Virus record (IMG/VR): IMGVR_UViG_3300032829_000001 | From: an uncultured virus (IMG/VR IMGVR_UViG_3300032829_000001) | Lineage: Duplodnaviria > Heunggongvirae > Uroviricota > Caudoviricetes | Direction: 5' to 3' (one strand) | Length of the DNA: 64,000 nt | Shown: one piece after another, positions 34,522 to 45,663 of the stretch | How positions within the stretch are numbered: position 1 is the stretch's first letter | Layout: every line of letters begins with the position of its first letter | The notes under the pieces: model-generated | The model's input: only the letters and a program-made list of their open reading frames with translations | What the model was told of the DNA's origin: nothing | The model's database searches: none | Program-made: the position numbers and the translations under genes

Positions 34522-34952
34522 TGGCCCGTGCATGCAGATTCACCGCGCCGTACGGCAGCCGCGAGATTTATCACGACGGCAAGCCGTTCATCGAGATCCA
34601 TCGCGCCCTCAACAAGTACGGGACCGGATCCTCGCGTCCGGTCGACGTGGACGACACTGCACGCGAGATCCTCGGACTGCTTTGCGGCACGCGAAAGAAG
34701 AAGTCCGCGCTCGCCGGTGCCCGGTTTCGCGACGGCACCCCCGGCGCCGCGCCGACAGCCCCAACCGCGGCCGCGCCCGCCCCGAACAAGCCCGCGGCCG
34801 CGCCGGTCGCTGGCTGGTGGCCGTTCGGCAAGAAGAAGCAGCTCCCGCGCGACCCGCGCAAGATGGCGCAGACGATCATGATCGTGCCGACGCCGAGCGG
34901 TCGCTACGTGCCGCTGCGTGGGGCAAAGCGGAAGCGGCGGAGGCGTCGGTGA
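34521..34952 (+). CDS. basic protein ending LRGAKRKRRRRR (internal LAGA)
   Basis: TGATG coupling. Confidence 0.7.
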   Translation: MARACRFTAPYGSREIYHDGKPFIEIHRALNKYGTGSSRPVDVDDTAREILGLLCGTRKKKSALAGARFRDGTPGAAPTAPTAAAPAPNKPAAAPVAGWWPFGKKKQLPRDPRKMAQTIMIVPTPSGRYVPLRGAKRKRRRRR

Positions 34953-35227
34953 GGCACTACGGCGAAGGGCTCGCGCCGCGCAAGCCGGGGACGTACAACG
35001 TCTACTGGTGCGACGGCTCGCGCCAGAACATCCCATCGGCCCGTAAGGCGATGGAGATCGCGCGCCGCGCAAGCTCGAAGCGCTTCGCCAACGAGACGTG
35101 TGGGGGCTCGACGGTCACCCGCAACATCAGCACGACCTCGGCCGTGCAGGTTGCGGTGTGCCGCGAGCGGGCGTGTGCCTCTTCGCGTGCTGGACTGTCG
35201 GGCGCGAAGAGGCGGAGGCGACGCTGA
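34949..35227 (+). CDS. basic microprotein ending LSGAKRRRRR
   Basis: GTGA overlap. Confidence 0.7.
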   Translation: MRHYGEGLAPRKPGTYNVYWCDGSRQNIPSARKAMEIARRASSKRFANETCGGSTVTRNISTTSAVQVAVCRERACASSRAGLSGAKRRRRR

Positions 35228-35349
35228 TGGCCCGCCGGAACCACGCCGACTTCATGATCAACACGCTGGCGCCCGACCTGCGCGAGAGCGGGCAGAAGTT
35301 CACCGCGGCCGATCTCGCACGCTGCGCTCGTACCATCGGAGGTCGCTAA
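35227..35349 (+). CDS. microprotein (40 aa) ending IGGR
   Basis: TGATG and TAATG coupling. Confidence 0.6.
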   Translation: MARRNHADFMINTLAPDLRESGQKFTAADLARCARTIGGR

Positions 35350-35648
35350 TGGCCGACGAGAAGCTCACCTATTGCGTCGCGAAGGGCTCGCGCGTCTTCG
35401 AGCAGAACGGCAGCAAATGGAAGGTCGCGTACTCCTCGACGCCCAAGACCGTCTGCGGCCGCCTCGTGCGCGTCACCTCGATCAAGGCGGGGGACATCCG
35501 CAACTGGATGGACATGGCCATCGTCCGTGTGCGCGGGCACGAACTCGGGACGCACCCGAGGAACCTCAAGCTCGTCGGCGGCGAGGGCTTTCGCTCCAAG
35601 CGCGCGATCCAGGCCGACATCGACTGCTTGCTCAAGGGAGGACGCTGA
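35349..35648 (+). CDS. basic microprotein ending LKGGR
   Basis: TAATG coupling. Confidence 0.7.
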   Translation: MADEKLTYCVAKGSRVFEQNGSKWKVAYSSTPKTVCGRLVRVTSIKAGDIRNWMDMAIVRVRGHELGTHPRNLKLVGGEGFRSKRAIQADIDCLLKGGR

Positions 35649-35881
35649 TGCCACGTCGTCGCCAGCACAGAAAGCGCCTGCACCTCAGCAAGCGCTTCCC
35701 GTTCGTCAAGTTCAGCGGCGGGCTCGGGGAGCCCACCAAGCAGGACTTCGTGGCCGTCGCGAAGATCTTCTGCCGCCGCGGCGCGAGCGATGGGCTCGTG
35801 AGCGACTTCGCCGACTACTTCGGCTCGCAGAACCCGCGGTTCCGGCGCGACCTGTTCATCAGCGCCACGAAGAAGTGCTGA
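35648..35881 (+). CDS. basic microprotein with N-terminal Arg run and GGLG
   Basis: MPRRRQHRKR...GGLGEPTKQDF...NPRF.RDLF. Confidence 0.7.
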   Translation: MPRRRQHRKRLHLSKRFPFVKFSGGLGEPTKQDFVAVAKIFCRRGASDGLVSDFADYFGSQNPRFRRDLFISATKKC

Positions 35882-35885
35882 CGCC

Positions 35886-36113
35886 GTGATCTGCCGCATC
35901 GAACGCAAGGGCCTGCGCTACCAGGCGGTCGTGATCCAGGAGGGTCGCCCCCGGGTCACCACACGTATCACCACTCTCACACGCAAGGGCGCCGAGAAGG
36001 TGCTGCGCGAGGAGGGCTGCGGTGGGAACGGGCTCGGCTTCCCCGTCTACTGGTTTGTCGACCGGGCGCACCGGGCCATGCCGAAGAAGCGCCGGCATCG
36101 GAGGCGGCGCTGA
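35886..36113 (+). CDS. basic microprotein ending KKRRHRRRR
   Basis: GTG start 4 nt after stop. Confidence 0.65.
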   Translation: MICRIERKGLRYQAVVIQEGRPRVTTRITTLTRKGAEKVLREEGCGGNGLGFPVYWFVDRAHRAMPKKRRHRRRR

Positions 36114-36349
36114 TGCCCGCCTCCCGCCGCTGCAACATCCGACTCGTCGACGACACCGCGCAGCTCTTTCACAGCGTGCGGCGCTCGTTGCCCCACCCGA
36201 CCGCGCGCGCCGCGCAGAAGTACATCCTGGCGGCGAACACGGCTGCGCGGCAGGGCCAGTGCGCCCAGATGCACGCACACGCACAGGCAGCTCGTGGCCT
36301 CCTGGAGCGGCGCCTCGACGCGATGCTGGGGCCGCCGCGGAGGCGCTGA
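36113..36349 (+). CDS. basic microprotein ending LGPPRRR
   Basis: TGATG coupling; AARxGxC motif shared with 33726 ORF. Confidence 0.65.
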   Translation: MPASRRCNIRLVDDTAQLFHSVRRSLPHPTARAAQKYILAANTAARQGQCAQMHAHAQAARGLLERRLDAMLGPPRRR

Positions 36350-36576
36350 TGGCGATCCAAGTCCGCCCGAAAGTCTATCGTGACACGCCGGGATTTGCCG
36401 TGACTGGTAGCCCGCGAGGTCAAAAGGGATTTCCAATCTCCATCTTCGTTCGCTGCCGCAGCACCGCTGTGCGCATCAGGAAAGTGCTCAACGCCGGGCT
36501 GCCGTTCGAGCAGCGCGCAGCGAAGATCGACATGTTGATCCATGCCGATTCACGCGTGAAGAGCTGCCGGAGGTAA
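36349..36576 (+). CDS. basic microprotein ending CRR
   Basis: TGATG coupling. Confidence 0.65.
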   Translation: MAIQVRPKVYRDTPGFAVTGSPRGQKGFPISIFVRCRSTAVRIRKVLNAGLPFEQRAAKIDMLIHADSRVKSCRR

Positions 36577-36589
36577 AGGGAGACCGCCT

Positions 36590-38593
36590 GTGTTGGTTAC
36601 CAATAGCTCTGGCTCTGCGCTCGTCCGGGGCATGGTCGTAGTTATTGACACGGGTGCTAAAACTTGCACCCTCGCGCAGGCGACAGCTCCAATCTCGGCG
36701 CTGTGTGGCGTCACCGTCGGCGACGAGCCAACGGGCAGTGGAACCGTCGGTGTCAGCGTGAGCGCCGCCGAACTCATGCTGTTCGAAGCCGACCTGCCTG
36801 TGCCCGCTTACGGTGCGGCTGTTTTTCTCTCCGCTACCACCGCAGGTTATGCCACCACGGTCGCGCCCGAAGTAGCTGTGTGCCTCGGAAAGATCGTAGA
36901 CGGTTCGAACTACACAGCCACCGCGCTTGCGACGGTAAACATGCTGCTGGCGCGCGGTCTTCAGGGTGCGCAAGGCGCAACCGGCTCACAGGGATTGCAA
37001 GGCGCTGTGGGCGGAACTGGATTGCAGGGCGCGCAGGGAGCTGTGGGTGCGGGCGGTGCGCAAGGATCAACTGGCGCCCAGGGGCCGACGGGCGCGACCG
37101 GTGGGACAGGACTGCAAGGTGCGCAGGGCGCGACTGGATCGACGGGCGGTGGTGGCGCACAGGGCGCGCAGGGCGCAACCGGCACGACGGGTGCGCAGGG
37201 ATTTCAAGGCGCGACGGGCACCACGGGGGGCGCTGGCCCGCAAGGTGCAACCGGATCGACAGGTGGGACCGGTCCGCAAGGTTTTCAAGGTGCCACTGGA
37301 TCGACTGGCAGTCAGGGGTTCCAGGGAGCGACCGGCGGCACCGGAGCCCAAGGTGCCACTGGAGCGCAAGGAGCGACGGGATCCGGATCGCAAGGTGCCA
37401 CTGGAGCGCAGGGAGCCACGGGCGCGCAAGGAGCGGTCGGGGCGACAGGAAGCGGCGCGCAGGGTGCGCAGGGCGCCACGGGCACCACTGGTCTGCAAGG
37501 TGCACAGGGAGCGACCGGATCGACAGGCCCGCAAGGTGCGACCGGATCGGGCGCCCAGGGGGCACAGGGCGCGACTGGCGTGCAAGGGTTTCAAGGCGCG
37601 ACAGGCGCCGGGAGCCAGGGCGCGACGGGATCGCAGGGCGCGACCGGCACGCAGGGTTTCCAAGGTGCGCAGGGCTCGGGCTTTCAGGGAGCGCAAGGTG
37701 CACAGGGTTTTCAGGGGGCCACGCCCACCGACATCAACGTGCAGTATTTCGCCGCGAGCGGCACCTGGACGAAGCCGGCGAACGCACGGCTCGTACAGGT
37801 GTTCGTCGTCGGCGCCGGTGGGGGCGGCGGTGGGGGCCGCGCAGACATTGCAGGAACCGTGCGCTGCGGGGGCGGCGGTGGGGGCTCGGGCGGCACCGGC
37901 ATGCGCCTCTACACCGCCGGGCAGCTCGGCGCCACGGAGACCGTGACCGTGGGGCTTGGCGGAACCTCGGGCGCCACGTCGGGAACGGGCATCGCGAACG
38001 GTGGCACTGGCGGAAACGGCGGCAGCACCACCTTCTCGGCGACATCGAATGTGCAAATTGTGGCTGGCGGTGGCGGAGGTGGAGGTGGCGGAACGACATC
38101 GACAGGAACTGCTGGTGCGGCCGGAGCCGTGGCCACGGGGATCGAGGCGCGTTCAGGGTCGGCCGGAAAGATCGGCGCGGCCGCCTCGACGACGGGCGGC
38201 TCTGGCGTCGCTGGCACGTTGGGAGTGGTCTCGACGGACAAGATCTGCAACAGCGGCGGCTCAGGTGGGTCGGGCGGCGGGATCACGTCGAGCAACGGGA
38301 CATCGGCCGGCGGCACCGGTGGCCCTGGCACCTCGAACTTCAGCTCCGTGCCCACGGCCGGCACTGCAGGAACGAATGCGAATGGTGGCAGTGGCGGCGG
38401 CGGACCAGCAAACGAGGCCCAGGGTGGAGGTGGCGGTGGCGGCGGTTCGAGTGGCACGAACAACACTGGAGGAAACGGTGGCACGCCCGGCGGCGGCGCT
38501 GGTGGTGGCGGGGCAGCGGTCAGCGGCACGGCGTCCGGCGCGGGCGGCGTCGGTGGCGCCGGAGCGTGCCTCGTGATTACGTACTGTGGCTAA
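36590..38593 (+). CDS. collagen-like fibre protein: N-terminal anchor, GXY stalk, glycine-rich C-terminal domain
   Basis: long GAQ/GAT/GFQ triplet run; [20 protein letters not shown] head. Confidence 0.85.
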   Translation: MLVTNSSGSALVRGMVVVIDTGAKTCTLAQATAPISALCGVTVGDEPTGSGTVGVSVSAAELMLFEADLPVPAYGAAVFLSATTAGYATTVAPEVAVCLGKIVDGSNYTATALATVNMLLARGLQGAQGATGSQGLQGAVGGTGLQGAQGAVGAGGAQGSTGAQGPTGATGGTGLQGAQGATGSTGGGGAQGAQGATGTTGAQGFQGATGTTGGAGPQGATGSTGGTGPQGFQGATGSTGSQGFQGATGGTGAQGATGAQGATGSGSQGATGAQGATGAQGAVGATGSGAQGAQGATGTTGLQGAQGATGSTGPQGATGSGAQGAQGATGVQGFQGATGAGSQGATGSQGATGTQGFQGAQGSGFQGAQGAQGFQGATPTDINVQYFAASGTWTKPANARLVQVFVVGAGGGGGGGRADIAGTVRCGGGGGGSGGTGMRLYTAGQLGATETVTVGLGGTSGATSGTGIANGGTGGNGGSTTFSATSNVQIVAGGGGGGGGGTTSTGTAGAAGAVATGIEARSGSAGKIGAAASTTGGSGVAGTLGVVSTDKICNSGGSGGSGGGITSSNGTSAGGTGGPGTSNFSSVPTAGTAGTNANGGSGGGGPANEAQGGGGGGGGSSGTNNTGGNGGTPGGGAGGGGAAVSGTASGAGGVGGAGACLVITYCG

Positions 38594-38602
38594 ACTTATA
38601 GC

Positions 38603-38845
38603 GTGTCCGACGACACTGACGATAACCCGTTCTTCGACCCCGAAGAGCCGACGATCGTCACCTCTGGCACCCCGACGCCGCCGCGGGGCCTGCCGTTGCC
38701 CGACTTCGAGCAGGGCTACGACCTCGGGCACACGCGCGGGCTCGCCGACTTCGCCCATGGCCTTCGCCTGGCGCTTCTGAGCGTCGGCGTGCCGGCCGAA
38801 GAGGTCGAGCCCATCGTGATGAACGTGCGGCGCTGGGTGCGCTGA
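38603..38845 (+). CDS. hypothetical protein
   Basis: short ORF between fibre genes. Confidence 0.6.
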   Translation: MSDDTDDNPFFDPEEPTIVTSGTPTPPRGLPLPDFEQGYDLGHTRGLADFAHGLRLALLSVGVPAEEVEPIVMNVRRWVR

Positions 38846-38852
38846 GGCCAAT

Positions 38853-38882
38853 TTGACCTGATCGAGCATTTTCCTCTACGCT
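38853..38882 (+). promoter_or_regulatory. sigma70-type promoter
   Basis: TTGACC-18-TACGCT. Confidence 0.55.
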
Positions 38883-38893
38883 GCTCTGTACAG

Positions 38894-40276
38894 ATGGCAC
38901 TCGACGGTACAATCGTCCCCCCGCTCTACAACGGCGACAGCGTACCGCTCACGCAGGGCATGATCGTCCGGCAGGTCGTTGGCAGCTCGAACACCGTCGT
39001 GCGAGCCCAGGCGGATACCACCGTGCATGCCACGGGCGTTCTCGGTGTCGTTGTGGACGGCAGCGTGGCGCCAACCGGCCCGGTCGTCGTGCAGATGTCG
39101 GGGCGCCGGCCGCTGCAACTCGCGAGCGGGCTCACGCCCACGAATGGGCAGATCGTGTTCTTGTCGGCGGCGACTCCAGGTGTCGCGACGACGGTGCAGC
39201 CGACGATCGGCGTGGCGATCGGCACGATTCTCGACGCCTCGAACTACACGCGGCTCGGGACAGTCATCGCGGCCATCGCCGTCGACTTCTCCAGCGTCGG
39301 GATTCCCGGCGCGCAGGGAGCCCAGGGTGCGCAGGGCGCCACGGGCGCACAGGGCCCGACGGGCACAGGCCCGCAAGGTGCGCAAGGCACTGCCGGCGCT
39401 CAAGGTGCGCAGGGTGCGAACGGCGCGCAGGGGGCGACCGGCGTCGGCGCCCAAGGAGCACAAGGCGCGGCCGGCACGGCGGGGGCGCAGGGGGCGACCG
39501 GCCCCCAGGGATCGCAGGGTGCGCAGGGTTCGACGCTCGGGTCGCAGGGTGCGCAAGGCGCTCAAGGGGCGACCGGCGCGGGGGGCGGAGCCCAGGGTGC
39601 GACGGGTGCCCAGGGCGCGAACGGCGCTCAGGGCGCGCAGGGGGCGACGGGCGCCGGATCGCAAGGCGCGCAGGGGGCGACGGGCGCTCAGGGTGCGACC
39701 GGGACGACCGGCGCTCAGGGTGCCACTGGTGCTCAGGGCGCGCAGGGTGCGACCGGCGCTCAGGGAACAACCGGCTCGCAGGGCGCGACAGGTGCGCAGG
39801 GCGCGACGGGGACGCAAGGCTTCCAAGGCGCGATCGGGAGCAACTTCTTCGAGATGGACTTCTCGTTCGGCGGCGGCGTGTCGCCGGGCGCGGACACGCT
39901 CACCGCGGGTGCGTCGTTCTGGATGTTGGAAGCAACCAACACCAAAAGCCTGAGCGGCCAGGGAGCGACGGGCGACAGCAAGGTCTGGGAGTGGTACGTC
40001 CCGATCAACACGACGAAGGCTGTTCTCAGCGTCAACATCATCACGTTCAGTCCTGTATCCGGGTCAGCGCAGAACATTACTGTCGCCATGACGATCAACG
40101 GTGTGCTGTCTGGCTCCGTTGGTCTCGGTGTCCTGAACGCAACTGGCACCTTCACGACCGGTGTGCTTGCGCAGACGGTCACTGCTGGACAGACGGTCGG
40201 CCTCAAGGTGATATTCGCGGGAAGTCTCAACGCCACAGCAATCGTCGACTTCACCGCTGATCTGAAGCTCACCTAG
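38894..40276 (+). CDS. collagen-like fibre protein with beta-sandwich (C1q/BclA-like) head
   Basis: [15 protein letters not shown] anchor; GXY run; VWEWYVP head. Confidence 0.85.
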   Translation: MALDGTIVPPLYNGDSVPLTQGMIVRQVVGSSNTVVRAQADTTVHATGVLGVVVDGSVAPTGPVVVQMSGRRPLQLASGLTPTNGQIVFLSAATPGVATTVQPTIGVAIGTILDASNYTRLGTVIAAIAVDFSSVGIPGAQGAQGAQGATGAQGPTGTGPQGAQGTAGAQGAQGANGAQGATGVGAQGAQGAAGTAGAQGATGPQGSQGAQGSTLGSQGAQGAQGATGAGGGAQGATGAQGANGAQGAQGATGAGSQGAQGATGAQGATGTTGAQGATGAQGAQGATGAQGTTGSQGATGAQGATGTQGFQGAIGSNFFEMDFSFGGGVSPGADTLTAGASFWMLEATNTKSLSGQGATGDSKVWEWYVPINTTKAVLSVNIITFSPVSGSAQNITVAMTINGVLSGSVGLGVLNATGTFTTGVLAQTVTAGQTVGLKVIFAGSLNATAIVDFTADLKLT

Positions 40277-40286
40277 GCGTGCGCTT

Positions 40287-41669
40287 GTGGCAGTCGATGG
40301 AACCATAATTCCTCCGCTGTACAACGGAGACTCCGTCCCGCTCACGTGCGGAATGGTGGTCCGCCAGGTGACCAGCGCACCAAACACGGTTGTGCGCGCA
40401 CAGGCAGACAGCACTCCACACTCGACTGGTGTTCTGGGTGTTGTCGTCGACGGCAGCGTGGCGCCCGGTGGCCCCGTCGTCGTGCAGACGGACGGGAGAA
40501 GGCCCGTCGCGCTCGTGAGCGGGCTGACCCTCTCGACGGGACAGCAGCTCTACTTGTCGAGCAGTACCCCCGGTCTCGCGACCAACATCCAGCCGGCGAT
40601 CGTCGTCTCGCTTGGCACGCTCGTGGACGCCGGCACGTATGCGCGCCTTGGCCGCGCGGTCGCCACGATCACGGTGAACGATGTCAGCACTGGCAGCAGT
40701 GGTGTGCAGGGAGCGCAGGGCGCGACGGGTGCGCCCGGGTCGACCGGGGCTGCAGGTGCAGGCGTGCAGGGCACTCAGGGTGCGGCTGGCGGTGCCGGCG
40801 CGCAGGGCGCGAGCGGCGCGCAAGGATCGACCGGCGGCGCTGGTGCGCAGGGATCGCAAGGCGCAACGGGCACGAGCGGTGCTCAGGGCTCAGCCGGAGC
40901 GCAGGGGTCGACTGGGTTCCAAGGATCGACCGGCGGCCCTCAGGGCGCGCAGGGCGCGACGGGGACGCAAGGATCGACCGGCGGGGCGCAAGGCGCACAG
41001 GGACCGCAGGGCGCGACGGGCGCGGGCGGGGCGCAGGGCGCGACAGGTGCAGGACCGCAGGGCGCGACGGGCGCGGGCGGGGCGCAGGGCGCGACAGGTG
41101 CGCAGGGCGCCGCCGGTGCATCCCCCACCGGTGCACAGGGCGCCCGAGGACTTGGCGGCGCGCAGGGCGCGACCGGTGCACAAGGGGCAACGGGGGTGCA
41201 GGGGCACCAAGGCGCGACCGGCGCGATCGGCAGCTATTTTGTGCTCCGCGCCTCTTTCGGCGGAGGTCCGTCTCCAGGAAACAACGTTCTGTCGTCCGGT
41301 GCTGAGTTCTGGGCTCTCCCGACAGCGGACACCAACAGCTACTTCGGCGGCGGCCTGTCAGGCGATTCCACTGTGTGGGAATGGCGCGTCCCGATCGCCA
41401 CCACACAAGCTCTGCTCGTGGTCAACGTGCTGACCTTCACGCCGATTTCAGGGGCGGTGCAGAACTTCAACGTCACGCTGACGATCAACGGCACGCCGAT
41501 AGGCGGAGTCGCTCTATTGGGCGTCAACAGCACCGGGATCACCTCGTCTGGAACGGTCGCGCAGAATGTCTCGGCGGGCGACAAGGTGGGGCTTCGGATC
41601 GATGCCAATGGATTCGGAGCTTCCACGTTCTCCACCGACTTCACAGTCCTGCTCTACCTGACGCCGTGA
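40287..41669 (+). CDS. collagen-like fibre protein, tandem paralogue of 38894
   Basis: [15 protein letters not shown] anchor; GXY run; VWEWRVP head; both 460 aa. Confidence 0.85.
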   Translation: MAVDGTIIPPLYNGDSVPLTCGMVVRQVTSAPNTVVRAQADSTPHSTGVLGVVVDGSVAPGGPVVVQTDGRRPVALVSGLTLSTGQQLYLSSSTPGLATNIQPAIVVSLGTLVDAGTYARLGRAVATITVNDVSTGSSGVQGAQGATGAPGSTGAAGAGVQGTQGAAGGAGAQGASGAQGSTGGAGAQGSQGATGTSGAQGSAGAQGSTGFQGSTGGPQGAQGATGTQGSTGGAQGAQGPQGATGAGGAQGATGAGPQGATGAGGAQGATGAQGAAGASPTGAQGARGLGGAQGATGAQGATGVQGHQGATGAIGSYFVLRASFGGGPSPGNNVLSSGAEFWALPTADTNSYFGGGLSGDSTVWEWRVPIATTQALLVVNVLTFTPISGAVQNFNVTLTINGTPIGGVALLGVNSTGITSSGTVAQNVSAGDKVGLRIDANGFGASTFSTDFTVLLYLTP

Positions 41670-42577
41670 TTCACGTCGTCCTTCCGCCAGCACACCGGCC
41701 AAGCTCGTGTCCGTTCGTGCAGCGGACCGTGAGCCTGCTGCGCGTGCTCGACATTCTCGGTGAAGCGTACGCGGCTCACGGCGACGAGACGTGGGGCTGG
41801 GCTGAGGGCGATCTCATCTTCTACACCTACCCTCCCGAACTCGGATACGCCCCGCTGGTCAAGAATGCAACGGCCGTCATTCAGGTCGAGTGCGGCGTCG
41901 GCTATGACGTCGCGCCGTGGGGACCGCTGCGCGTGTACGAGTCGGAGATCTGGCGCCACTACTGCTTCGCAAAGCACAACGAGCCGCTCGCGCGAAGGCG
42001 CAACTCATGGGTCATCCCGTGGGCCTTCGATCGAGCTGCGTGGCCGCTCGGCAGCGGCACAGGAAAGTACGTGTCGTTTCTAGGGCGCCTGATGCCGGAC
42101 AAAGGGATCCGCGCTCTCGTCGAGCTGGCGCGGAAGCTGCCCGACACGCTCTTCAAGGTGGCGAGCACGGATGCCATGAACGGTCTGTGGGTGAGAAACG
42201 AGCCGCCTCCGTCCAACGTAGAATTCGTCGGCCCTGTGCTCGGGGGAGACCGGGCTCAGTTTCTCGGCGCCGCGTTCGCACACCTGTGTCCGACGGAGTT
42301 CGTTGAGCCTCTGTGTGGCAGCGCGATCGAGGCGATGCTGTGCGGGACGCCCGTGGTGACCAGTAACTATGGAGGCTTCGTCGAGACGGTCGAGGAAGGC
42401 GTCACGGGGTTTCGCTGCACCTCCGTGGACGAGATGGTCGACGCGATCAAGCGTGCGGACGACCTGGACCGAAGATGGTGCCGGGCCCTGACGCAGCAGA
42501 AGTTTTCGATCGAGGCGGCGGTCCCGCGGTGGCGAAAAGCGCTGGCGCAGATGCGCGCGCTACAGTGTTCATCGTAG
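41666..42577 (+). CDS. GT4-like (GT-B) glycosyltransferase
   Basis: [38 protein letters not shown]. Confidence 0.85.
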   Translation: MIHVVLPPAHRPSSCPFVQRTVSLLRVLDILGEAYAAHGDETWGWAEGDLIFYTYPPELGYAPLVKNATAVIQVECGVGYDVAPWGPLRVYESEIWRHYCFAKHNEPLARRRNSWVIPWAFDRAAWPLGSGTGKYVSFLGRLMPDKGIRALVELARKLPDTLFKVASTDAMNGLWVRNEPPPSNVEFVGPVLGGDRAQFLGAAFAHLCPTEFVEPLCGSAIEAMLCGTPVVTSNYGGFVETVEEGVTGFRCTSVDEMVDAIKRADDLDRRWCRALTQQKFSIEAAVPRWRKALAQMRALQCSS

Positions 42578-42635
42578 GTGCCGCACCGGAGCGCCGGTTT
42601 TGTAACAATCAACCCACCATGCGAAGGTAGTACAA

Positions 42636-44015
42636 ATGGGCAGCGGACTGATGCCGGGTGGCTTCGACGGTTGGCTCGGCCCGTCTCTTGGTGGTGGCGG
42701 TGGAGGGGGAGCCCAGGGTGCGCAGGGGGCGCAGGGCGCTCAAGGGGCTCAGGGGGCCCAAGGTGGAACTGGCGCGCAGGGCCCCGCGGGCGCTCAAGGA
42801 TCGCCAGGGGCTCAAGGTGCGCAGGGGGCCACTGGCGCGCAGGGTCCGATCGGTGCCCAGGGAGCGACTGGGGCCCAGGGTGCAACGGGAGCACAAGGAG
42901 CTACTGGGGCGCAGGGAGCCACTGGGGCTCAAGGGCCAGCGGGCCCTCAAGGCGCGACCGGGGCTCAAGGATCGACAGGCGCACAGGGCGCCACTGGTGC
43001 GCAGGGCGCGACAGGAGCGCAAGGGGCCACCGGAGCACAAGGATCAACGGGGGCTCAGGGAGCGACCGGCGCGCAGGGGGCCACCGGCGCTCAAGGCGCG
43101 ACGGGTGCGCAGGGAGCCCAGGGTGCGCAGGGATCGACAGGGATTTCCAACGTCCAGTTTTTCACCTCGTCGGGCACGTGGACCAAGCCAACCAACGCGT
43201 TCGTCGTGGACGTGTTCGTCCTCGGGGCCGGGGGCGGCGGCGGTTCCGGCCGTCTAGGTGCAGCATCTTCTGTGCGTGGCGGCGGGGGCGGCGGCGGTGC
43301 GGGTGGCCTCGTCTACTGTCGCTTCTTGGCTAGCCAGCTCGCTGCTACTGAAGCGGTGACAGTAGGAGCGGGTGGAGGTGGCGGGGCTTCGCAGAGTTCT
43401 TCAGACACGAACGGAAACATAGGTACGGCCGGCGGGAACAGCATTTTCTCCAACAACGTCTACCAGTTGATTGGCGGTGGCGGCAACCCCGGCCCTGGCG
43501 GGTCTAACACCGCAGTCACGGGGGGCACGGGAGGTACGATTCTTTCGCCTCTGATCACGGCCGTCGGTGCGACTGGCGCCAACGGCGGCAATGGATCTGG
43601 CACCGGAGCGGCGACCCAGGGCGGCGGTGGCAACGCCATTCAGCAGCAGATCTCGTGGCCCCTCGGTGGCGGCGGCGGTGGTGGGGGTGGCGGAGGCACC
43701 GACGCCAGCAACACCACACAGGCTTCGGCAGCGGGGGGCATCAGCGGACAGACCACGGCGGCACCTCCAGCAGGCGGCGGGGCCGGGACCGGAGCTGGCG
43801 GCAACGGGGGAAACGTTGTTGGTTCCAACGATCCTGAAGGTGGCGGTGGCGGTGGAGGCGGTGGTGCCGCTTCTGGCGCGCACCAGGGTGGGAATGGAGG
43901 AAACTACGGTGCCGGTGGCGGTGGCGGTGCGGCCCGCACCGATGGCGGTTCGTCAGGTGCAGGCGGCAGCGGATCCGGCGGCGCGGTTCTCGTGATCACG
44001 TATACCGGAATGTGA
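42636..44015 (+). CDS. collagen-like fibre protein with FDGWLG N-terminus and glycine-rich head
   Basis: uninterrupted GAQGAT run; [10 protein letters not shown] head. Confidence 0.85.
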   Translation: MGSGLMPGGFDGWLGPSLGGGGGGGAQGAQGAQGAQGAQGAQGGTGAQGPAGAQGSPGAQGAQGATGAQGPIGAQGATGAQGATGAQGATGAQGATGAQGPAGPQGATGAQGSTGAQGATGAQGATGAQGATGAQGSTGAQGATGAQGATGAQGATGAQGAQGAQGSTGISNVQFFTSSGTWTKPTNAFVVDVFVLGAGGGGGSGRLGAASSVRGGGGGGGAGGLVYCRFLASQLAATEAVTVGAGGGGGASQSSSDTNGNIGTAGGNSIFSNNVYQLIGGGGNPGPGGSNTAVTGGTGGTILSPLITAVGATGANGGNGSGTGAATQGGGGNAIQQQISWPLGGGGGGGGGGGTDASNTTQASAAGGISGQTTAAPPAGGGAGTGAGGNGGNVVGSNDPEGGGGGGGGGAASGAHQGGNGGNYGAGGGGGAARTDGGSSGAGGSGSGGAVLVITYTGM

Positions 44016-44017
44016 TT

Positions 44018-44197
44018 TTAGGGCTCGCGCAGCTTCGCGTCGTCGTGGGACTTCCACGCCTTCGCGCCGAGCCGCTGCACCAACTCCTGAAGGCGGCCGC
44101 TGCCGGCCATGCGCGCGAGGATCGCGAGCGGGATGAGGCCCGCAGCCACGATCGCGAGGCGGATGCGCGACCACGCGAGGGGAGACAGCCGGATCAC
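44018..44197 (-). CDS. small membrane protein
   Basis: GTGA overlap; hydrophobic segment. Confidence 0.5.
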   Translation of the reverse strand: MIRLSPLAWSRIRLAIVAAGLIPLAILARMAGSGRLQELVQRLGAKAWKSHDDAKLREP

Positions 44198-44619
44198 GCG
44201 GCCTTGGGTGGCTCGGGAGGTGGCGCCGGAACGGGGATCGGGACGGGCGCGGAAGCGGGCTGCTCGGTCTCGAACTGTGGCGTCGAGCCGGCGATCCCAA
44301 GCAGCGTGCCGAGGACACCACCGCCGTGGATCAGGTGCACGAGCAGCAAATGGGCAGGCGCGTACGTCGGGTGACCAGCACTGTACGTCGCGAAGGCACC
44401 TTCGCCAGCCAAGATGAACAGGCTCAGCTCCGTGAAGATCTTGGCCGTGTTCGGGCTGAACTTCTTTGGCGAGATGCCGAGGACACCGAGAAGGTTGCCA
44501 CCAGCCAGGATGAAGGCGACAAGGCTCGGGCCGATGTGCAGAACCGTGGTGGCCTCGCCGACACCGACGACGGCGATCGCGAGGGCGATGATGGAGAGGA
44601 GGCCGCGAAAGATCTTCAT
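44194..44619 (-). CDS. four-TM membrane protein (holin-like)
   Basis: four hydrophobic segments, Pro-rich tail; own promoter. Confidence 0.65.
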   Translation of the reverse strand: MKIFRGLLSIIALAIAVVGVGEATTVLHIGPSLVAFILAGGNLLGVLGISPKKFSPNTAKIFTELSLFILAGEGAFATYSAGHPTYAPAHLLLVHLIHGGGVLGTLLGIAGSTPQFETEQPASAPVPIPVPAPPPEPPKAA

Positions 44620-44628
44620 GACCCACTC

Positions 44629-44658
44629 ATGGTAGCGGGCGGGCGGGGAGGCTGTCAA
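44629..44658 (-). promoter_or_regulatory. sigma70-type promoter
   Basis: TTGACA-18-TACCAT on minus strand. Confidence 0.6.
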
Positions 44659-44664
44659 AATCGC

Positions 44665-45174
44665 TCAGGCGCCGGTGGGCGCGCCCAGGCCGAACCCGCC
44701 GTTCATCACGAAGCCGGGCAGCGCCGCCGCACCCCCGCTGCCGTCGACCTTCTTCTCCAGCTCCAGCACGCGGGCGATGTAGGGATCGCACGCACGCAGG
44801 CGCTCAGCGTGCTGGTCCTGGAGCTGCGTGATGAGCTGCCGCACGGCGACCGGGTCGTATCCGGCGGCCTTGATCGCCTCGCGGCCGACCATCTCCTCCA
44901 ACGTGTCCATGAGGATGAGCGCGTACGAGGCGTGCGTCAGCCCGACGATCGGCGACTGGTCTTGCATCGCCGCGAAGGTGTAGCGCTTGATCTGCCGGAC
45001 ACATACACTCGGGTCCGCGTTCGTGGGCAGCCCGACCAGCGGTCGGTTGTCTCCGAACCCACGCATCGTCACTCGGCGGAAGAGTGCGGCGATGGACTGG
45101 CGCTTCCGCCACACGACGATGCCGGCCACGCCGATGATCACGCCGATCAGAACTGGGTGCCGGTTCTTCTCCAC
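44665..45174 (-). CDS. protein with N-terminal TM and GFG motifs
   Basis: VLIGVIIGVAGIVVWRKR; MRGFGD; GGFGLGA. Confidence 0.7.
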   Translation of the reverse strand: MEKNRHPVLIGVIIGVAGIVVWRKRQSIAALFRRVTMRGFGDNRPLVGLPTNADPSVCVRQIKRYTFAAMQDQSPIVGLTHASYALILMDTLEEMVGREAIKAAGYDPVAVRQLITQLQDQHAERLRACDPYIARVLELEKKVDGSGGAAALPGFVMNGGFGLGAPTGA

Positions 45175-45261
45175 GACTCGTCCAGGGTACACCGAGAGAC
45201 CTCCGGGCTCCAAACGCGTCGATTTTGCAGGGCCCTGCCTCGTCGTGCTACCGTCGATCTC

Positions 45262-45663
45262 GTGGCCGTCACCCTGCTCAACAAGGCACTGACCGGCGCC
45301 TTTCAGGCATCGGGCTATGTGCTGATCCCAGGCAACAGGCTGACGCTCGACTGGGACATCACTGCGTCGGGCGGCCCCACGACGCTCCAGTGGTACTTGG
45401 AGTTCGCGTCCGATCCGATCAACGGTCCGTGGCGCCGCGAGGTCGCGGAGGAAGACGCGGGCAAGGGCGTGGTCTCGATGCCCGAGGTCGTCCGCACGTT
45501 CGCGAACAACAACGGCACGGCGCTCGCGGACGGCTCGTACGGATACTCGGTCCAGTTCACACGTCAAGAAGCGTTCGCGCGCGTGCAAGCGTGCGTCACC
45601 GCCGGAGCGGCCACCGTCGTCGTGTCGTGTCCGAACGGCACGCAGCCCTCAGCGCCCAAGTGA
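45262..45663 (+). CDS. beta-rich putative virion protein
   Basis: GC3 bias from GTG 45262; alternating beta pattern. Confidence 0.6.
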   Translation: MAVTLLNKALTGAFQASGYVLIPGNRLTLDWDITASGGPTTLQWYLEFASDPINGPWRREVAEEDAGKGVVSMPEVVRTFANNNGTALADGSYGYSVQFTRQEAFARVQACVTAGAATVVVSCPNGTQPSAPK

